Assembly (NCBI GenBank): GCA_963749075.1
Contig: CAVVLJ010000020.1
Location: 96,001-160,000, forward strand
Direction of reading: 5' to 3'
DNA from: an uncultured Pseudomonadota bacterium
GTDB lineage: Bacteria; Pseudomonadota; Alphaproteobacteria; JACZXZ01
Length of the DNA stretch: 64,000 bases
This document shows, in pieces, positions 29,987-40,780 of this stretch; position 1 is the first letter of the stretch; the number at the start of each line of letters is the position of its first letter. Both the position numbers and the translations under genes were made by a program. The notes under the pieces were generated by a model. It was not told the DNA's origin. It saw nothing but the letters and a program-made list of their open reading frames with translations, and did no database searches.

Positions 29987-30631
29987 TCAGCCTCCGGCGC
30001 CGCACTTGGCCAGCACGTGGCCCAGTGCCGCCTGGAAAGCCTCTTCCGCGTCGAGCGTGCTGGTATCGAGCACGATGGCGTCGGCTGCCGGCTTGAGCGG
30101 CGCTACGCTCCGCGCGGCATCCCGCGCGTCGCGCGTCCTCAGATCCTCGAGCACGCGCGCATATATACTGTCAAGCCCCCGCGTTCGCAACTCCTTATGG
30201 CGGCGCTCCGCGCGCACCTCGAGGCTCGCGGTCACGAAGAGCTTCACCCCGGCATCCGGGCAGATGACCGTGCCGATGTCCCGCCCGTCGAGCACGGCGC
30301 CCTTCTTTCCCCCTGGCGGGGCATGGGCGAAGCCGCGCTGGAGATCGACGAGGGCGGCGCGCACGCCCGGCATGGCGGCGACCGTGGAGGCGGCGTTGCC
30401 GACCGCGTCGCTGCGCAGCGCCGGATCGTCGAGTGCCGCGAGATCGACGGTGCCGGCCGCCGCCTCGGCGAGGCGCTCGTCTTCAGGATCGCCGCCGGCC
30501 TTGAGCACGGCCAATCCGACCGCGCGGTAGAGGAGCCCGGTGTCGAGGTGTGCGAGATCGAAGTACCTCGCGAGCCGGCGCGCGAGCGTGCCCTTGCCCG
30601 AGGCCGCCGGCCCGTCGAGCGCTATGATCAT
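29987..30631 (-). CDS. cmk: Cytidylate kinase
   Basis: [21 protein letters not shown] and DGRDIGTV. Confidence 0.97.
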   Translation of the reverse strand: MIIALDGPAASGKGTLARRLARYFDLAHLDTGLLYRAVGLAVLKAGGDPEDERLAEAAAGTVDLAALDDPALRSDAVGNAASTVAAMPGVRAALVDLQRGFAHAPPGGKKGAVLDGRDIGTVICPDAGVKLFVTASLEVRAERRHKELRTRGLDSIYARVLEDLRTRDARDAARSVAPLKPAADAIVLDTSTLDAEEAFQAALGHVLAKCGAGG

Positions 30632-31965
30632 GGCGCCGCGATCCGCGCCCCCAGGCCGTTCATCAGCTGGGCGAAGCCGGGGAAGCTCGTCTCGATCATG
30701 GCGCCGTCGTCGACCGTTACGGCTGCCTTTGCGGCAAGGCCGAGGACGAGGCCGGCCATGGCGATGCGATGGTCCATGTGCGTCTCGACGATGCCGCCGC
30801 CCGCGACCGGTCCGCCCGAGCCGTGCACGATCAGGCTGTCGCCCTCGATCTCCAGCTCGACGCCGTTCCTGGCAAGGCCCGCGGCAATGGCGGCGAGCCG
30901 GTCGCTCTCCTTGACGCGCAGCTCGGCCAAGCCGTCGAAGCGCGAGGTGCCGTGGGCCGCCGCTGCGGCCACGGCGAGGACCGGGTACTCGTCGATCATC
31001 GACGGCGCGCGCGCGGCCGGTACATGCACGCCCTCGAGCCGGCTCCCTGCAACGATGAGATCGGCGACCGGCTCGCCCGCCTCCTCGCGCTCGTTCTCGC
31101 GGCGGATGTCGGCGCCCATCTCCGCGAGGGTGGCGAGAAGGCCGCTCCGCAGCGGATTGACGCCGACGCCCGTGAGCGAGACGCGGGCACCAGGCACCAG
31201 GAGGCTCGCCACCAGGACGAAGGCGGCGGAGGAGATGTCGGCGGGCACGGCCAGGCGCTGCGGCCTGAGCTCGGGCTGGCCCGCGAGCGTCACGCTCCAG
31301 GCGCCGTCATCGCCATGGCCGAGCTCGAGCCTGGCGCCGAAGGCGCGCAGCATGCGCTCGCTGTGATCGCGCGTGCGCACGGGCTCGATCACGGTGGTGG
31401 CGCCCGGCGCGTTGAGGCCGGCGAGCAGCACGGCCGACTTCACTTGCGCGGACGGCACCGGGAGGCGGTAGACGATGGGGAGCGGCTCCGCGGTGCCGAT
31501 GACGGCAAGCGGCATGCGGCCGCCGCTGCGGCTGATCAGGCGCGCACCCATGCGCGCGAGCGGCTCGGCCACGCGCTGCATGGGGCGGCGGCAGAGCGAG
31601 GCGTCGCCGGTGAGAAAACTCGTAAAAGGGTGGCCGGCGAGAAGGCCCATGAGGAGCCGCGCCGCGGTGCCGGAGTTGCCCATGTCGAGCACGCTCGCCG
31701 GCTCCGCGAGGCCGCCCACGCCGCGCCCGTGGACGTGCCAGAGGCCGCTCTCGTCGCGGCGGATCTCGGCGCCGAGGGCGCTGAGTGCCGCTGCCGTGTG
31801 CAGTACGTCCTCGCCTTCGAGCAGCCCCTCCACCACCGTCTCGCCCACGGTGACGGCGCCGAGCATCAAGGCGCGGTGCGAGATCGACTTGTCGCCCGGC
31901 AGCCTCGCGGCGCCGGCAAGGGTTGCGTCGGGGGCTGCGAGCGGCGAGGAGACGAGCGGCTTCAA
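30628..31965 (-). CDS. aroA: EPSP synthase
   Basis: [30 protein letters not shown] and DHRIAM. Confidence 0.97.
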   Translation of the reverse strand: MKPLVSSPLAAPDATLAGAARLPGDKSISHRALMLGAVTVGETVVEGLLEGEDVLHTAAALSALGAEIRRDESGLWHVHGRGVGGLAEPASVLDMGNSGTAARLLMGLLAGHPFTSFLTGDASLCRRPMQRVAEPLARMGARLISRSGGRMPLAVIGTAEPLPIVYRLPVPSAQVKSAVLLAGLNAPGATTVIEPVRTRDHSERMLRAFGARLELGHGDDGAWSVTLAGQPELRPQRLAVPADISSAAFVLVASLLVPGARVSLTGVGVNPLRSGLLATLAEMGADIRRENEREEAGEPVADLIVAGSRLEGVHVPAARAPSMIDEYPVLAVAAAAAHGTSRFDGLAELRVKESDRLAAIAAGLARNGVELEIEGDSLIVHGSGGPVAGGGIVETHMDHRIAMAGLVLGLAAKAAVTVDDGAMIETSFPGFAQLMNGLGARIAAP

Positions 31966-32196
31966 GGGCGGCGTTCCCTCAGGCGGCAGGCGTGACGGCC
32001 GTCACAGGCGCATGGCGGAGAGCCTCCTAACATAATCCATGCGAGGGGGCAAAGCGCCCAACGCTCGGCGCCGCGCGGTCCGGCCGGGTCCCACGCTCCA
32101 TGCCGCCGCGGCGGCCGGCTTTTTCCTTTTGACAGGGCCGAGGGAACGTGGCAATTGGCACCCCTTCGCCGATGAGGCCAGCGAGGAGTGTTGCCG

Positions 32197-32541
32197 GTGA
32201 CGAAGCCGGAATGGGGAACCAAGCGAATCTGTCAAAGTTGCGGCACGCGGTTCTACGATCTGCGCCGCCGCCCGATCGAATGCCCGAAGTGCGGCACGAT
32301 CTTTGACCCCGAAACCTTGATCAAGGCGAGGCGCCCGCGCCAGGCGCCTCAGCCGGTGCCCGCCGTGGTCGAGGAGGTGGTGGCCGTCGAGCCCGAGCTC
32401 GTCGAGGAGGAGGCTGCTGCCCCCCAGGTCAGCGAGAGCGAGGAGGAGGAGGTCATCGAGGACGCCTCCGAGCTCGGCGAGGACGAGGACGACGTGGCCG
32501 AGGTGATCGAGAACGTCGAGGAGGAAGAGGGCGAGCGCTGA
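32197..32541 (+). CDS. TIGR02300 / FYDLN-acid family protein
   Basis: KPEWGTKRICQSCGTRFYDL...CPKCG with an acidic tail. Usual position between aroA and tRNA-Ala. Confidence 0.92.
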   Translation: MTKPEWGTKRICQSCGTRFYDLRRRPIECPKCGTIFDPETLIKARRPRQAPQPVPAVVEEVVAVEPELVEEEAAAPQVSESEEEEVIEDASELGEDEDDVAEVIENVEEEEGER

Positions 32542-32678
32542 CGGCGCTACGCCGGCGCTCCGGCGCCAACGTATCGCGTTCGGCGGCGGCAAGTTTTCTT
32601 GTCGGTACGACCGCGGGGGCAAGGCCTCCTCGACCGGTCCGGCTGCCAGCCGTACATTGGCCGCATATCTCGGGCCGC

Positions 32679-32780
32679 ATGTCTCGGATGAAAGCAATGA
32701 CGGATCGCACGGCCGCACGCAAGCCGGCGCCGCGGCTCAAGGCGGCGGCACGCCGCTATATCGAGACTTTGGGCCGTTGA
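32679..32780 (+). pseudogene. Internally deleted DUF1778-type antitoxin remnant
   Basis: 33-aa frame MSRMKAMTDRTAARK-PAPRLKAAARRYIETLGR*. The C-terminus resembles DUF1778 tails and its TGA overlaps the GNAT TTG start. Confidence 0.5.
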
Positions 32781-33106
32781 CGGATGCGGCGCTGCCGCCG
32801 TTGCGCATCGAGCCGCTTGACGATCGGCATGAGCGAAGCGCGTTCGCAAGCAATGTCGAGCCCCTGGATCGCTATTTCAGGACGCAAGCGAGCCAGGACG
32901 TGCGCCGGCGGGTCGCGTCCTCTTTCGTCCTGATCGCGGAGCGGCAAGAGAGGCCGCTCGGCTTCTACACCCTGGCCGCGGTTTCCATTGCGCTGGCGGA
33001 TTTGCCCGCGGAGATCGCCAAGCGGCTTCCGCGCTATCCATCGATAGCCGCAACGCTCATGGGCCGGCCGGCGGCCAAGTTTTCCCTTGCCTCGATGACG
33101 GCCTAA
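32777..33106 (+). pseudogene. C-terminally truncated GNAT toxin (AtaT/TacT type)
   Basis: IEPLDDRHERSAFAS...LDRYFRTQASQD...GFYTL...LPRYP..ATLMGR, then breaks off before the acetyl-CoA-binding QGxG motif. Confidence 0.85.
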
Positions 33107-33155
33107 CTCATACTTTGCGCACCCGCCGCTGCCCAGCGGCGGCTCTCCCCCCAAT

Positions 33156-33231
<76 letters not shown>

Positions 33232-33296
33232 ATGAAGGCAATGGGCCAGGCAGGCGCTGCTTGGCCCATTGTCGTTGGCGGGAGGTGCGCGCGATC

Positions 33297-34250
33297 CTAA
33301 AGGCGCGCTACGACCTCGTCGCGGAAGTGCCGCATGTTGGCAATCGTCGCCTCGGCGCTCTCGCCTTCGAAGCCGAAGTCGACCGCGGAGAAGCCGAGCT
33401 TGCCGAGCGCCCGCAGGTCTGCGGCCATCTCGGCCGCGTCGCCGGAGAGGAGGTGCCGCTCGCCCTCGTCGGTCGTGCGCGGTGCGGCGGCCCCATGCTT
33501 TTGGCAGCGGTAGGCAAGGGCGATGGACGCGGGTTCGCGGCCGCTCTCCGCCGCGAGGAGGCGCAGCCTGCCGAGCGCCGCACTGCAGCGCGCGATAGTA
33601 TCGAGCGGCGCCTTCGGGTTCGTGCCGATGGGATACCAGCCGTCGCCGAGACGCGCGGTGCGGCGCATGGCGGCAAGCCCTTCGCCGCCGATCCACAGCG
33701 GCGGGTGCGGCTTCTGCGCGGGCTTGGGCGCGAAGACGATGTCGGCGAAGCGCACGTAGCGTCCCTCGAAGCGCGGCTCGGCCTCGGTCCAGAGGGCGCG
33801 GAAGACCTTGAGATACTCGTCGGTGACGGCACCGCGCTCGGCAAAGGGCGGCGTGCCCAGTGCGGCGAACTCCTCCTCGAGCCAGCCGGCGCCGACGCCG
33901 ACGATGAGCCGCCCGCGGGACAGCACGTCGATGGTCGCCAGCATCTTGGCGGCGAGCACGGCCGGGCGATGGGGCACCACCATGACCGAGGTGAGGAGGC
34001 GGAGCCGCGAGGTGCGGCCGGCGAGGAAGGCGGCCGTGGTCAGCTGCTCCTGGCGGTCGCCCTGCGAGCCCGCCGGGAACTCGCCCGAGCTCGAATAGGG
34101 ATAGCGCGACTGGATGTCGGCCGGGAAGACCACGTGGTCGCTGATGGTGACATAGTCGAAGCCGATGGCCTCGCCCGCGTCGACCACGCGCGTCAAGTTG
34201 TCCGCCGATGAGAGCGGGCCGCGGGTCGGTGCGCTGAAGCCGATCTGCAT
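33297..34250 (-). CDS. Luciferase-like (LLM class, probably F420-dependent) oxidoreductase
   Basis: GFDYVTISDHVV, AKMLATIDVLSRGR, GVGAGWLEEEF and PKPAQKPHPPLWIGG. Confidence 0.9.
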   Translation of the reverse strand: MQIGFSAPTRGPLSSADNLTRVVDAGEAIGFDYVTISDHVVFPADIQSRYPYSSSGEFPAGSQGDRQEQLTTAAFLAGRTSRLRLLTSVMVVPHRPAVLAAKMLATIDVLSRGRLIVGVGAGWLEEEFAALGTPPFAERGAVTDEYLKVFRALWTEAEPRFEGRYVRFADIVFAPKPAQKPHPPLWIGGEGLAAMRRTARLGDGWYPIGTNPKAPLDTIARCSAALGRLRLLAAESGREPASIALAYRCQKHGAAAPRTTDEGERHLLSGDAAEMAADLRALGKLGFSAVDFGFEGESAEATIANMRHFRDEVVARL

Positions 34251-34307
34251 GCGCGCCACTCTACGTGCATGGGTGGGCGGCGTCGAGTCCCGCGGGAGCG
34301 CCGCGGC

Positions 34308-35066
34308 TCAGCGGTTGAGCACGACGCTGATGAAGGCGCGCGTGCGGGCCTCGCGCGGGTTCTCGAGGATGCGCTCGGGCACGTCCTCCTCGACGATCAA
34401 GCCGTGATCCATGAAGATGACGCGGTCGGCGACCTGGCGCGCGAAATTCATCTCGTGCGTCACGATGATCATGGTCATGCCGTCGGCGCTCAGCTGGCGC
34501 ATGACCTCGAGCACTTCGTGCACCAGCTCGGGATCGAGCGCCGAGGTCGGCTCGTCGAACAGCATGGCCATCGGATCCATGGCAAGCGCCCGGGCGATCG
34601 CCGTGCGCTGGCGCTGGCCGCCCGAGAGCTGCTCGGGATAGCTTTGCGCCTTGTCCTCGAGGCCGACGCGGCGGAGGAGCTCCATCGCCTTCGCGGTGGC
34701 GCTCGCCCGGTCGAGGCCGAGCACGTGCATGGGCGCCTCGATGATGTTCTTGAGCACGCTCAAATGCGGGAAGAGGTTGAAGTCCTGGAAGACCATGCCG
34801 AGCTTGGCGCGCACGCGCGCGATGCGCTTGGCCGAGTGCGGCACCCGCTTGCCGCCGACGACGTCGTAATAGGCCGCCTCGCCGTTGATCCTGATGGAGC
34901 CGCGCTCGGGCGGCTCGAGCATATTGAGGCAGCGCAGCAGGGTCGACTTGCCGCTCCCCGAGGGGCCGATGACGCAGACCACCTCGCTCGGCGCCACCTT
35001 GAGCGAGATGCCGCGCAGCACCTCGAGGCTGCCGAAGCGCTTGTGCAGATCCTCGACCTCGATCAT
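34308..35066 (-). CDS. Amino-acid ABC transporter ATPase
   Basis: [17 protein letters not shown] and [11 protein letters not shown]. Confidence 0.95.
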   Translation of the reverse strand: MIEVEDLHKRFGSLEVLRGISLKVAPSEVVCVIGPSGSGKSTLLRCLNMLEPPERGSIRINGEAAYYDVVGGKRVPHSAKRIARVRAKLGMVFQDFNLFPHLSVLKNIIEAPMHVLGLDRASATAKAMELLRRVGLEDKAQSYPEQLSGGQRQRTAIARALAMDPMAMLFDEPTSALDPELVHEVLEVMRQLSADGMTMIIVTHEMNFARQVADRVIFMDHGLIVEEDVPERILENPREARTRAFISVVLNR

Positions 35067-35072
35067 GCCGGC

Positions 35073-35741
35073 TCAGCGGTGACTGTAGCCCCGAGAGGTG
35101 ATCCTCTCGAGGTAGCGCACGAAGAGCGCCGCGGGGTAGCCGACTGCGAAATAGAGAATCATGGTGAGGGTGTAGATGGAGAAATACTGGTAGGTGCGGG
35201 CGGAGATGATCTCGCCGGTGAACATCAGCTCCTGCACGGTCATGACGGAGGTGAGCGCCGTGTCCTTGAAGATCGAGATGAAATAGTTGCCGAGCGCCGG
35301 CGTGACGATGCGCAGCGCCTGCGGCAGGATGATGCGGCGGAAGGCGAGGAGCCGGGTCATGCCGAGCGCCGCCGCGGCGTTATGCTGGCCGCGGGGCACG
35401 GCTAGGATGCCGCCCCTGTACACCTCGCCCAGATAGGCGCTGTAGTGGAGCGTGAGCCCGATGATGCTGGCACTCAAGGGATCGAGCCTGATGCCGGCGC
35501 CGGGCAGCACGTAGTAGATGTAGATGAGCTGCAGGAGGAGCGGCGTCGCGCGCATGAGCTCGACGTAGGCGTCGATCGGGATGCGCACCAGCGGCGAGCG
35601 CGACATGCGCAGAACCGCCACTGGAACCGCCAGAACGACCGAGAGAAGGAGAACGACGAGGGCGATCAGGACGGTGAGCTCGAGGCCCTGGAGCAGGACG
35701 CCGATGTAATCGCGCGCGAACGAAAGGTTGAGGAGCTGCAT
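35073..35741 (-). CDS. Amino-acid ABC transporter permease
   Basis: YVELMRATPLLLQL, SAYLGEVYRGG and ILPQA. Confidence 0.93.
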   Translation of the reverse strand: MQLLNLSFARDYIGVLLQGLELTVLIALVVLLLSVVLAVPVAVLRMSRSPLVRIPIDAYVELMRATPLLLQLIYIYYVLPGAGIRLDPLSASIIGLTLHYSAYLGEVYRGGILAVPRGQHNAAAALGMTRLLAFRRIILPQALRIVTPALGNYFISIFKDTALTSVMTVQELMFTGEIISARTYQYFSIYTLTMILYFAVGYPAALFVRYLERITSRGYSHR

Positions 35742-35807
35742 GCCACGCCTCCCTCGTGGCGGCGGCGCGGCCGGAGGACCGCGCCGCCGCCGATCGTCTG
35801 CCGTTCG

Positions 35808-36677
35808 TCAGTTGGTCGGGAAGAAGAACAGATTGCGGTTGCCGAGGCCGTTCTTCTTGAGGATGGCCGAGACGATGCCGTTGCCGCGGATCTCGGCGAG
35901 CGCCCGCGAGTAGGCGGCGCGCAAGCTGCAGTCCTCCTTGCGCAGCGCATAACGCGCGTAGCCGTAGCCGTATTTGAAGATGAGCTCCTGCGGCACGGTC
36001 ACGTTGGGCACGAGCTCGAGGGGCTCGCTCGGGTTCGCCTTCATATAGGCGAGGAACTTCACGTCGTCGTCCATCACCACCGAGACGCGGCCCTCGGCGA
36101 GGGCGGCGAAATGCTCGGGGTTGGTGCGGAACGGCACCACCGTGGCGCCGACGTGGCGCAGGTACTCGTTGGCCGCCGTGCCGATCATGGCGCCCACCTC
36201 CTTGCCCTTGAGCTCGTCGAAGGAATGGAGGCCGGTCGGATTGCCCTTCTTGACGATGATGCCGGGGCCGTACCACCACGCCGGCCCGGTGAAGGAGATC
36301 ACTTTGACGCGCGCGGGCGTGTAGTGGATGTTGGTGGCGATCACGTCGACGCGCTTGGAGAGCAGTGCCGCGACCAGCTCGGAGAAGGGCATGATCTCGT
36401 AGCGGACCTTGGTGATTTCCAACCACTTCAGCGCATTCTGGTTGATCTCCACGTCGAGGCCGTAGGCCTGCTTGCTCTGCGGGTCGATGCCGCTATAGAG
36501 CGGGCTCGGCGAGATGCCGAGCGTAATCCCGTCCTTCACCGCGCGGTCGTAGGAGCCGTCGCCGCAGTTCTCGAAGAGCGGCGTCGCTTCGAACGTGAAG
36601 TCCTCGGCGAGCGCGGTGCGAGCGGCACCGGCAATGACAAGGCCGAGGGCTGCGATCAAGATACCCATCCGTGTCAT
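35808..36677 (-). CDS. Amino-acid ABC substrate-binding protein
   Basis: Signal peptide, GLDVEI, FSELVAALLSKRVDVI and IVKKGNP. Confidence 0.9.
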   Translation of the reverse strand: MTRMGILIAALGLVIAGAARTALAEDFTFEATPLFENCGDGSYDRAVKDGITLGISPSPLYSGIDPQSKQAYGLDVEINQNALKWLEITKVRYEIMPFSELVAALLSKRVDVIATNIHYTPARVKVISFTGPAWWYGPGIIVKKGNPTGLHSFDELKGKEVGAMIGTAANEYLRHVGATVVPFRTNPEHFAALAEGRVSVVMDDDVKFLAYMKANPSEPLELVPNVTVPQELIFKYGYGYARYALRKEDCSLRAAYSRALAEIRGNGIVSAILKKNGLGNRNLFFFPTN

Positions 36678-36714
36678 GACAGCCTCCGAAGTTTTTTGCC
36701 TTCTGGCGCGCTTG

Positions 36715-36738
36715 TGCTGTATAATATATAAGACAGCA
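36715..36738. promoter_or_regulatory. GntR/HutC-type operator TGCTGT-ATAATATATAAG-ACAGCA
   Basis: Inverted arms around an AT core, between the divergent transporter and GntR genes. Contains TATATAAGACA as in recalled SdhR-type boxes. Confidence 0.65.
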
Positions 36739-36923
36739 GAGTGCGGCGGGCCGTCAATGGATTTTTGCCGCCGGGCGGCAGCGCGGCGGGGAGGCGCGAG
36801 CATGGGGTGGCACCCTCGCCCGCGGGCGATGGCGCCGCGGCCGCTCGCGCGGGCGGACGAGGCAGGGAGGCGGGATTGGCGCCAGTCGGAAGCCGGGCCA
36901 AGCGGGAGGAGGCGGGCGAGCGG

Positions 36924-37640
36924 GTGCTCGATTTCCAGCCGCTCTACCTGCAGGTCAAGGAGCTCATCATCCGCCGCATCGTGAGCGGCGTGTGGCGGCC
37001 GGGCGGCGCGGTGCCGAGCGAAATGCGGCTCGCCGCCGAGCTCGGCGTCAGCCAGGGCACGGTGCGCAAGGCGATCGAGGAGCTGGCGGCGCAGAACCTC
37101 GTGACGCGCCAGCAGGGGCGCGGCACCTTCGTCGCCTCGCATAGCCATCAGCGCGCGCAGTTCCACTTCATGCGCATCATCCCGGAGGACGGCCAGAAGG
37201 AGCTGCCGACCGGCCGGCTTCTGGCGCTCGCCAAGGAGCGCGCCGACAGCGCCCAGGCGGAGCATTTGCGCCTGCGCGCGGGTGCGCCGGTCTATGCGCT
37301 CCTCCGCCTGCGCAGCATCGGCGGCAAGCCGGTCATGCTCGAGCGCATCTTTCTGCCTGCCGCGCTCTTTCCCGACCTCAGCCTGCCGCTCCATGTCGAG
37401 CTGCCGGACGAGCTCTACGGGCACTACGAGCGCAATTTCGGCATGACCGTGGTGCGCGCCGAGGACCGCCTCAGGGCCGTCGCGGCGGATGCGCTTGCCG
37501 CGACACACCTCGGCGTGGCGCCGGGCGCGCCGCTCCTCGAGGTCGAGCGCACGGCGCTCGGCCTCGACGGCACGGTAATCGAATGGCGCTTCAGCCATTG
37601 CAATACGCAGCACCATCACTACGGCAGCGGCATCGAATGA
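36924..37640 (+). CDS. GntR family (HutC/UTRA) regulator
   Basis: PLYLQVK...PSEMRLAAELGVSQGTVRKAI...QQGRGTFV plus a UTRA domain. Confidence 0.93.
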   Translation: MLDFQPLYLQVKELIIRRIVSGVWRPGGAVPSEMRLAAELGVSQGTVRKAIEELAAQNLVTRQQGRGTFVASHSHQRAQFHFMRIIPEDGQKELPTGRLLALAKERADSAQAEHLRLRAGAPVYALLRLRSIGGKPVMLERIFLPAALFPDLSLPLHVELPDELYGHYERNFGMTVVRAEDRLRAVAADALAATHLGVAPGAPLLEVERTALGLDGTVIEWRFSHCNTQHHHYGSGIE

Positions 37641-38407
37641 GCGCTGCCGCAGAGAGGAACGGGAGCACGCGCATGAGCGACGCACTCCGTGAGGCCCGCA
37701 TCGACCTCGCAGCGGCGCTGAGGCTCGCCGTGAGATTCGAGATGCAGGAAGGAATCTGCAATCATTTCAGCTACATGGTGCCGGGCCGGGACGATTGCTT
37801 CCTGGTCAATCCGCAGGGCTTCCACTGGTCCGAGGTCCGCGCGAGCGATCTCCTGCTGGTCGGCCGGGAGGGGCAATTGCTCGAGGGCAAGGCGCCGCCC
37901 GAGCCGACCGCCTTCTACATCCACTGGCGCATCCACCGCGGCTTGCCCCACGCCCGCGCGGTCCTCCACACGCACATGCCCTACGCCACGGCGATCACCT
38001 CGCTTGCCGACGGCCGGCTCGAGCCGATCAACCAGAAGGCGGTCGGCCGCTTCGGCGAGCGCGTCGCCTATGACGATCAATTCAACGGCTTCGCCCTCGA
38101 CGAGGCGGAGGGCGACCGCATGATGCGCGCGCTCGGCAACAAGAGCGTGCTCTTCCTTGCCAACCACGGGGTCGTCGTCACCGGGCCCAGCATGGACATA
38201 GCCTTCGACGATCTCTACTACCTCGAGCGCACGGCCCAGAACCAATGGCTTGCCATGGCGACCGGGCAGCCGCTCCGCATGATCGCGAGCGAGGTGGCGG
38301 CGAAGACCGCGCGGCAATATCTCGAGCTCGGCAATTACCAGGCCAAGCCGCATTTCGCCGCCCTGAAGCGCATCCTCGACCGCGAGGAGCCCGACTACAA
38401 GGATTGA
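37637..38407 (+). CDS. Class II aldolase/adducin family protein
   Basis: EGICNHFS, TAFYIHWRIH, VLHTHMPY and LANHGV. Confidence 0.92.
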   Translation: MSAAAERNGSTRMSDALREARIDLAAALRLAVRFEMQEGICNHFSYMVPGRDDCFLVNPQGFHWSEVRASDLLLVGREGQLLEGKAPPEPTAFYIHWRIHRGLPHARAVLHTHMPYATAITSLADGRLEPINQKAVGRFGERVAYDDQFNGFALDEAEGDRMMRALGNKSVLFLANHGVVVTGPSMDIAFDDLYYLERTAQNQWLAMATGQPLRMIASEVAAKTARQYLELGNYQAKPHFAALKRILDREEPDYKD

Positions 38408-38651
38408 CGAAGGCCCGTGCCGGCGAGGCGGAGCGGCAGGCCGGCAGCTTTCCGCGGGCGGCAGCACCCGCCGGCCCTCCCTCCCTGTGGCGTATAATAG
38501 GCAGCCGGGCACCTCTCCGCTGGGGCGGCTCAGCGGGCGTGTCCCTTAGCAACGGAGGCCCCGGGAGCATCCGCGCCACTCGACAGGAGAACGCAATGCC
38601 CCCATTTTGGTGCCTGAGCGGGGCATCCGACAGGGCATCGGCGAGGCTTGA

Positions 38652-39536
38652 GTGAGCACCTCCGTTGAGACCATTGCCGAGCGGGCGGCGCCGCACCGCG
38701 ACCTCGGCGTCCCGCCCTCGCGCGACGCCGCGGGTCGGCGGCCGCGCGCCGCCGGCCTCGCCGCGGCGATCCTGCTGCATGGCGCGGTCATCGCCCTCGT
38801 GCTCGTCAAGCTGCCGGCGGCGGAGCCGGCGAGGGAGCCGCCCGCCATCCCGGTCGAGCTCGTGGTCGTACCCGAGGCGAAACCGAAGCCGAAGCCGGTC
38901 CCCGTCGAGCAGCCGAAGCCGCCGGCGCAAGCCCAGCCCTTCCGCGAATCGGGAGGCGATCCCGATAAGACGCCAGGGCACGTGGCGGAGGCGGAGGCGC
39001 CCAAGAAGGCGGAGCCCGTGCCGCCGCCCGCCGAGGCGCCGGCGCCGCAGCAGGCGGCCCCGGCCCTCGAGGGCGAGCTGCCGCCGCCGCCCCTGCCGGT
39101 GCCGCCGCCGCCGCAGCCGCCCCAGCCGCAGAGGGCGAAGCCGCTCCTCGCGGCACTGCCGCCGCTTCACCGTCCGTCCGCGGAGAGTGCAACGCCACGG
39201 CCGCCGAGCGAGAGCAGCCTCACCGGCGAGGGCGGCGGCGACCGCTATCTCAACAAGGTGCGGGATATCATCATCAGCAATCTGATCTACCCGGGTGCCG
39301 CGCGCGCCGGCGACATTGCCGGCGTCGCCAGGTTCGAGCTGGTCATCGACCGCCAGGGCCACCTGCTCGAGCTTCGCCTCGCGCGCTCGTCGGGCGCCGA
39401 GGTCCTCGACCGCGCCGGACGCGAGGCCGTCGAGCTCTCGGCGCCCTTCGGGCCGCCGCCGCCCGACGTGATCGGCGATCAGATCGGTCTCTTGCTGACG
39501 CTCTATATCGGACCCGACGCGCCGGGGACGCGGTGA
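38652..39536 (+). CDS. TonB family protein
   Basis: TM anchor with LLHG, Pro-rich linker, and C-terminal YP..AR...IDRQG...RSSG..VLD.A. Confidence 0.85.
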   Translation: MSTSVETIAERAAPHRDLGVPPSRDAAGRRPRAAGLAAAILLHGAVIALVLVKLPAAEPAREPPAIPVELVVVPEAKPKPKPVPVEQPKPPAQAQPFRESGGDPDKTPGHVAEAEAPKKAEPVPPPAEAPAPQQAAPALEGELPPPPLPVPPPPQPPQPQRAKPLLAALPPLHRPSAESATPRPPSESSLTGEGGGDRYLNKVRDIIISNLIYPGAARAGDIAGVARFELVIDRQGHLLELRLARSSGAEVLDRAGREAVELSAPFGPPPPDVIGDQIGLLLTLYIGPDAPGTR

Positions 39537-39551
39537 GCCGCCGCCGAGCCG

Positions 39552-40769
39552 TCAGTTGACGGTCTCGCGCGAGTGGTCCCGGCTGTTGATCCAGTCGAGC
39601 GTTTGCTCGAGCGGCATCGGGCGCGCGAAATAATAGCCCTGGAGCGAGGGCACGCCGAGCGTTCCCAGCACGCGGGCGAGCACCGCCGTCTCGACGCCTT
39701 CCGCCACGCTCTCGAGGCCGAGGTTGCGCGCGAGCTCGATGACCGATTTGACGATCGCGTAGGCGTCCTGGGAGTCGGCGAGGTCGAGGACGAAGGACTT
39801 GTCGATCTTGAGCTCGGAGAAGGGCATCTCGCGCAGCGTCTTGAGCGAGGAATAGCCGGTCCCGAAGTCGTCGATGGCGAGCCGGAAGCCCTTGAGGCGC
39901 AAGCGCGTCAGGATGTCGGCGGTGGCGTTCGGGTCCTTCATGGCCACCGTCTCGGTCACCTCGAAGGAGATCGAGGCGGCCTGGGAGCCGCTCTCGATGA
40001 CGAGGGTGGCGACCCGGTCGGGGAAGTCGAGCCGGCGCAGATTGGCGTGCGAGATGTTGATCGCGATGGGCAGCCCGGCATGGCCGTTGTGGAAGTGGCT
40101 CTGATGGGAGATGGCCTCGCGCACCACCCACATGGTGAGCTGGTCGATGACCTCGTCATCGCGCTCGGCGAGCGGGATGAAGCGCTCGGGCAGCAGCATG
40201 CCGAACTCCGGATGCGGCCAGCGGATCAAGGCCTCGAACTTGGTCACGTCGCCGGTTCCCGCGGTGACGACCGGCTGCAGGAAGAGCCTCATCTCGCCTT
40301 CGCTGAGCGCCCGCTCGACGTCGGCCGAGGAGAGGGGACGCTGAGGGGATGCGGCTCGGCTGAAGGGCTCGCCGGCGCTCACCGCGACCGTCTCGCTCTT
40401 GACCGCGTCGCGCAGGTAGGCGCGCACTTCCGAGGCGCGCGCGGGCTTCTCGAGCACGCCGGCGATGGCGAGGCCGAGCGAGGTGCCGAGCTGCTCGGTC
40501 GCCGTGAGCACGCGGCGGTCGAAGCCGCTCACCAGCACGATGTCGCCGCGGAACTCCTCGCGCTGCAGGAAGCGCAGCTGCTCGACGCCGTCGGAGTGGC
40601 CGAGCTGGAGGTCGAGCATGACGAGATCGGGGAGCGTGGCGCGGAACATCGCCTGGAACGACGTCTCCTCCATCGCCGCCTCGGCGCTCCAGCCGGCACC
40701 CCGCGCCACCGCGACGATGAAAGAGGCGATGCGCTCCTCGTCGTCGAGCACAAGCAAATGCATGGTCAT
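39552..40769 (-). CDS. Response regulator with EAL c-di-GMP phosphodiesterase domain
   Basis: REC domain (LVLDDE...MLDLQL...LEKP) plus EAL, FEVTE, IDDFGTGYSS, KIDKSF, AEGVE and QGY motifs. Confidence 0.92.
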   Translation of the reverse strand: MTMHLLVLDDEERIASFIVAVARGAGWSAEAAMEETSFQAMFRATLPDLVMLDLQLGHSDGVEQLRFLQREEFRGDIVLVSGFDRRVLTATEQLGTSLGLAIAGVLEKPARASEVRAYLRDAVKSETVAVSAGEPFSRAASPQRPLSSADVERALSEGEMRLFLQPVVTAGTGDVTKFEALIRWPHPEFGMLLPERFIPLAERDDEVIDQLTMWVVREAISHQSHFHNGHAGLPIAINISHANLRRLDFPDRVATLVIESGSQAASISFEVTETVAMKDPNATADILTRLRLKGFRLAIDDFGTGYSSLKTLREMPFSELKIDKSFVLDLADSQDAYAIVKSVIELARNLGLESVAEGVETAVLARVLGTLGVPSLQGYYFARPMPLEQTLDWINSRDHSRETVN

Positions 40770-40780
40770 TCTCCCCGCGC

